IMG/VR virus record: IMGVR_UViG_3300029305_011567
Strand: one strand, 5' to 3'
DNA from: an uncultured virus (IMG/VR IMGVR_UViG_3300029305_011567)
Taxonomy: Duplodnaviria > Heunggongvirae > Uroviricota > Caudoviricetes
Length of the DNA: 20,000 nt
Part shown: positions 16,427 to 20,000 of the stretch, piece after piece
How the letters are laid out: each line of letters opens with the position of its first letter
Numbering within the stretch: the stretch's first letter is position 1
Program-made: the position numbers and the translations under genes
Notes under the pieces: generated by a model
The model's input: only the letters and a program-made list of their open reading frames with translations
Databases searched by the model: none
What the model was told of the DNA's origin: nothing

Positions 16427-18444
16427 AGCATTTCTCCGTTATTTGTTCCAGTCAGCTTTTTTAAATATTCTATTATTTCCCGTTCAGAAGATGTGCGCTC
16501 CTGATACTGGTAATTACGTCCCGTATCTGCTGGTTGTAAAAGCCTGTAAAACGCTTCCGTCTGTTCGGATGAGAGGTACTTGTTGTACGGATGATTCTTG
16601 CGGTTAGGGTACTCCGTTACGATAAGCCTGCTGCCATCTGCAAAATCAAACTTATAGTAATTCACTTCAATGTGCTCGTCCCGATACCACATACCCCATT
16701 CCTGATATTCTGACAACCACTTTTTGATATGTTCTTCACTTGTAAATTCCGGAAGGACCGGCTGTGACACAGGAACCAGCTCACTCGCCATCATGCTCTG
16801 CAATGCCTGAACAATGATTCTTTGCTTTTTTGCAAAGGCGGTGTCCGCCCTATTTGCTTGTGCCTGTATCAGCTTTTTCTGTTCCTCCAGATATACCGAA
16901 TACGGTGTAATGTCCTGCTTCGTTGTTTCATTTAACGTAAAACGCACATCATCTGACTTGGCGATGCTCTTTTCTTCCCGCTGTGATACATATTTTGAAA
17001 CCTGAATACAAAACTGGCTCATACTCCATGTGTATAGGGTATGTTCACTCAGTAACGGGCCTTTTTCGGTGCCCCTGTTTTCATATACCAGCAACGTGTC
17101 CAGCTGATCCATTACGTCGATGTAATATTTGTTATCCCCTACACATACATGAATATAGCTGTCCTTGTAATCATGCAGAAAGCATTGTTTTGTTTGCGTG
17201 TAATCTGACGTATAGTGATTCTGCGTGTCACCGTTCAATACCTCACGGATGGCAGCAGTCCTTATACTTTCTTCTTCATCATGGAAGATTGCTCTTTCAC
17301 AGCGGTAACTGCATTCTGCATGGTTACAGTTCTTACAACATGGGGCCGGTTCCCCATCCCCTGCGCGGTGCATAGCCAACTTATGATTGACAAACTGGCA
17401 CATGTTTCCAACATTCAATCCCAGTTCTATCATGCTTGTATTCATAACCGTACAGGGAAAGGGATTTCCCATGGGCGCTTCTACACAATAGCGTTCCTTT
17501 TTCCGTATTCCACACTCCATCGAACAACTGTAACAGTTATATTTATGCCTGCATCCTTCGGTTGCGATTAAAGAATCCGGCGGATAGATACTCTTTGGTA
17601 ATCCATGTGCGGATAAGGGACCTTGTTCTGCTTCTTCCGGTGGCGCAGGTTCTTTTGGCCTATCCTCAGTATCTTCTTCGTTGGCAGCAGGCGTATTATC
17701 AATTTCGCGGTATTCCCCCTCTGCTACTACCTTTGCGCGTTTACCGGTGCGTTCCAGATATGCCACCAGTTCAGCGGCAAAGAGGGTATAACTCATGTGG
17801 GTGCTGTCTTTGCTTACCTTAATGTCGATCCCTTTTTGAAATCCGTAAAAGGTCACGCTAATCTGCGGAAGAACGGATCCACTGTAACCGTATGGTGCTT
17901 CACTTACTTGAATCAATTTACCAAAATCGCTATTCAGTCCTTCTTTTTCCCCTATGATTTTCATAAAGGTTTCTGCTTTATCCGGACAAAATTCGATAAA
18001 TTTTTCCACAAACCACGATGCGGAATGTTGCGCTGTCGCAACATTCTGTTCTTTCTTTTTTATCTGCCGAATTTCCTTTACGGTCATATCCGGTGTTACC
18101 GCTACCCGCTGTTCTTCGGTCATACTAAGCATTTCAATCAGTGCACCTTGCGAATATTCTCCATACTGTTCTTTAATGGAAATACTTTTTTCTGATTCCG
18201 CATATGTGGCATGAATTTTTATAAAGCGCGTTGCGAGTGTATAATCAATGTGTAATTCCTGTGACAAGTATTCATCCAAAGTGTCATAATGCTGCTCCCA
18301 CAGCTTCTCCATCGTCATGCGTTTTAGCATATATCCTAATTTTACGGCATCCTGCGCTGTTCTTCGCATGGTAGCCCTTATTTCCCTTGTCAGACCGTCA
18401 TACCCAAGCTCATCAATATTTCCTGTTGCCAATTCCTTTTCCAT
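16423..18444 (-). CDS. Multidomain phage early protein: DUF3102-like N-terminus, Cys-rich middle (673 aa)
   Basis: AVKLGYMLKRM...YDTLDEYLSQELHIDYTLATRFIKI resembles DUF3102-type domains; 12 Cys in ~85 aa centrally; GGGAGGG RBS. Confidence 0.8.
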   Translation of the reverse strand: MEKELATGNIDELGYDGLTREIRATMRRTAQDAVKLGYMLKRMTMEKLWEQHYDTLDEYLSQELHIDYTLATRFIKIHATYAESEKSISIKEQYGEYSQGALIEMLSMTEEQRVAVTPDMTVKEIRQIKKKEQNVATAQHSASWFVEKFIEFCPDKAETFMKIIGEKEGLNSDFGKLIQVSEAPYGYSGSVLPQISVTFYGFQKGIDIKVSKDSTHMSYTLFAAELVAYLERTGKRAKVVAEGEYREIDNTPAANEEDTEDRPKEPAPPEEAEQGPLSAHGLPKSIYPPDSLIATEGCRHKYNCYSCSMECGIRKKERYCVEAPMGNPFPCTVMNTSMIELGLNVGNMCQFVNHKLAMHRAGDGEPAPCCKNCNHAECSYRCERAIFHDEEESIRTAAIREVLNGDTQNHYTSDYTQTKQCFLHDYKDSYIHVCVGDNKYYIDVMDQLDTLLVYENRGTEKGPLLSEHTLYTWSMSQFCIQVSKYVSQREEKSIAKSDDVRFTLNETTKQDITPYSVYLEEQKKLIQAQANRADTAFAKKQRIIVQALQSMMASELVPVSQPVLPEFTSEEHIKKWLSEYQEWGMWYRDEHIEVNYYKFDFADGSRLIVTEYPNRKNHPYNKYLSSEQTEAFYRLLQPADTGRNYQYQERTSSEREIIEYLKKLTGTNNGEML

Positions 18445-18683
18445 AACTGCCCTCCCTTATAAATATCCCGATACATTTCATAATCTTTCAGGTGTCTGCT
18501 GCCATCCGCCAGACTTTCTAAGGCACGTAACGCGCGGGTGTGTGTTTCAAACTGGTAATATTCCGGCATCTTGCCATAGCGGTATACCACAAGTTCACTG
18601 CCATAGCCATGAAACGGATATGCGCTGTGGTCTTCCACGCAAATAGATAGGTTGTCTATTTCTGCTTCCATTAACCGTTGCAT
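18390..18683 (-). CDS. Hypothetical protein (97 aa), first gene of the leftward run
   Basis: AGAAGGTGA RBS; 55-bp overlap with the next gene. Confidence 0.65.
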   Translation of the reverse strand: MQRLMEAEIDNLSICVEDHSAYPFHGYGSELVVYRYGKMPEYYQFETHTRALRALESLADGSRHLKDYEMYRDIYKGGQLWKRNWQQEILMSLGMTV

Positions 18684-18703
18684 TTCATCACCTTCTCACC
18701 CTA

Positions 18704-18910
18704 AAAAGTAAACCGCGGCTTAAATAATTAAACTCCTGTTTACTTTTATTTTATCATGGTTTTTGTCTATTGCAACATATTTCTTGATAAAACGCTTGAT
18801 ATTTTCCATTTTCGGCATAACGCACAGTTTAAATAATTAAACCCTACGTTATTTTTGTATAACTCTGCGTTAATTATCTAATTGACATATTCATGGATTT
18901 CAGATAATCT
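18704..18910. promoter_or_regulatory. Divergent promoter region with repeated operator-like TTAAATAATTAAAC boxes
   Basis: Leftward TTGCAA(18770-18775)-N16-TAAAAT(18748-18753) with TG extension; rightward TTGACA(18882-18887)-N17-TAATCT(18905-18910); exact 14-mers at 18720-18733 and 18829-18842, inverted variant at 18869-18881. Confidence 0.65.
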
Positions 18911-18929
18911 AAAATTGGAGGTGTGAATT

Positions 18930-19172
18930 ATGGGAATGAAATATTATAAGCTGTTTGATATGATGCGTCGAAAGAATATCGCAAGAAAAGATTTGCTTAC
19001 CGTTATCACTGCGCCCACTTACCTGCGCTTAAAAAATAACAAAGACGTAACCATGAGTGTGATTGGCCGGCTTTGCGACTATTTGAAGTGTCAGCCGGGG
19101 GACATTATGGAATATGTGGCGGAAGGTTCTGTGTCCGGTAATGGAAACGAATTTGGAAATAAGGAGATGTAG
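18930..19172 (+). CDS. Cro/C1-type HTH_26 (YozG-like) regulator
   Basis: Y.KLFDMM..KNI.RKDL...RLKNNKDVTMSVIGRLCDYLKCQPGDIMEYV; GGAGGTG RBS. Confidence 0.9.
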   Translation: MGMKYYKLFDMMRRKNIARKDLLTVITAPTYLRLKNNKDVTMSVIGRLCDYLKCQPGDIMEYVAEGSVSGNGNEFGNKEM

Positions 19173-19173
19173 T

Positions 19174-19662
19174 ATGGCAGAATCATTATTTTTTGCTGAA
19201 CGCATAAAAGAACTTCGCCAAAATTTGAATCTATCTCAACGTGATTTTGCTGAATCAATTGGCGTATCTGCAATGTCTATTTCAACATATGAATCAAATG
19301 CAAAATCTCCTTCTATTGAGACTGTTATTAAAATAGCTAATAGACATAATGTTTCTATAGATTGGTTATGCGGTTTGAGTGATAAAAAGGCCTTTCTCAA
19401 CAAGATTGAAACTTATTCTGACTTAATACGGATTATTATACAGTTGGAAGAAACTAGTGGGGTGGAGCTTGCATTGCAGACAGAATCCCGTTCCTCTGAT
19501 GCTAAACTAAAATGCGTATTTGAAATTCCGGAACTCACTGATTTTTATACGGAGTGGCTGGAAATGAAGGTTGTTCGTGATACAGAACCAATGGGTGCAA
19601 AACTGTATCAGCTTTGGTTAAAGGATGTTCTTGAGAAAGGAGAAAACAGATGGATTCCTTAA
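19174..19662 (+). CDS. XRE-family HTH regulator (162 aa)
   Basis: FAERIKELRQNLNLSQRDFAESIGVSAMSISTYESNAKSPSIETVIKIANRHNVSIDWLCG; AAGGAG RBS before ATG 19174. Confidence 0.9.
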   Translation: MAESLFFAERIKELRQNLNLSQRDFAESIGVSAMSISTYESNAKSPSIETVIKIANRHNVSIDWLCGLSDKKAFLNKIETYSDLIRIIIQLEETSGVELALQTESRSSDAKLKCVFEIPELTDFYTEWLEMKVVRDTEPMGAKLYQLWLKDVLEKGENRWIP

Positions 19663-20000
19663 ATATTATAGAAAAGACGGATATAACAGTATCAAGCTTG
19701 CCGGCGTGGTAGAGTAATCTAATGTTTATTGGCACTTTGATTATAATGTTAGCTGTATTCTTTCTTATATTTGCTATCGTTATTGACGAAAGAATTGCGT
19801 ATGTAACGCTTGCGTGCGCCTTTATAAGCGTAATAATATATTGCGTTTATTTAATAGGTTTTTATACACAATCAAAAATTCCAACTGGCAGATATACGTA
19901 TAAAGTTGAGATTACGGAAGAGACTGACTTTAACTATATCTACGATCATTATGATGTTATTTTCAGCGATGGGCGCGTATGGATGATAGAGGATAAGTAG
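19650..20000 (+). pseudogene. Family C membrane-protein paralog interrupted by in-frame TAG (19710-19712)
   Basis: AAGGAG RBS, ATG 19650: MDSLNIIEKTDITVSSLPAW*SNLMFIG aligns with MESLNVLEQTEIMVSSLPVWWDNLLQVG of 10602-10955; the stop replaces a Trp codon. Confidence 0.8.
19845..19909 (+). repeat. 65-bp perfect inverted repeat, right copy (partner 10693-10757)
   Basis: Direct base-by-base comparison. Confidence 0.95.

Larger units (their letters stand above)
1..20000. mobile_element. Probable prophage/large mobile-element regulatory and early accessory region (boundaries outside window)
   Basis: YopX, ASCH-like, DUF3102-like, CpXC and many XRE/Cro genes; no housekeeping genes. No integrase or structural gene is visible, so element type is inferred. 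Confidence 0.65.

Noticed and set aside
2356..18646. Numerous antisense or nested ORFs in the track (e.g. 2356-2706, 8624-9091, 12392-12781, 17623-18195)
   Set aside because: Shadow frames overlapping better-supported genes, lacking RBSs, with atypical composition.
19710..19712. TAG stop-codon reassignment (genetic code 15)
   Set aside because: The TAG aligns with Trp rather than Gln, other genes end normally at TAG (2715, 5203, 19172, 20000), and long ORFs are not fragmented.
10602..20000. Diversity-generating retroelement TR/VR pair for the family C duplicates
   Set aside because: Differences are not adenine-specific (many C/T and G changes) and no reverse transcriptase is in the window.
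1..20000. CRISPR array, tRNA/rRNA, retron or integrase/att site
   Set aside because: No regularly spaced repeats, cloverleaf or rRNA signature, RT motif (YxDD context) or recombinase was recognisable by eye.

Overview
AT-rich DNA with Firmicute-type signals (sigma-A promoters, GGAGG/AAGGAG RBSs), most likely the regulatory/early accessory region of a prophage or other large mobile element from a Clostridia/Lachnospiraceae-like host (inferred from YopX, ASCH-like and DUF3102-like genes; no integrase, replication or virion genes are in the window). It holds eight HTH-type genes: an orphan BlaI/CopY, four XRE, a Cro-like HTH_26, an HTH-Cys protein and a 7xHTH repeat protein. A long leftward gene run (18683 to 6667) contains a paralogous membrane-protein array and an EEP nuclease/phosphatase, and an XRE-linked two-membrane-gene cassette lies at 4508-6460. 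Three points stand out. (1) An inverted gene duplicate (10602-10955 vs 19650-20000) shares a 65-bp perfect core within diverged flanks, and the right copy carries a TGG>TAG stop. (2) Two promoter-plus-hairpin units with no credible ORF (candidate sRNAs) flank the membrane cassette and are partly complementary to each other; one also matches the RBS of the 682-aa gene. (3) There are three divergent promoter/operator switches. All family calls come from motif recognition, not database searches.
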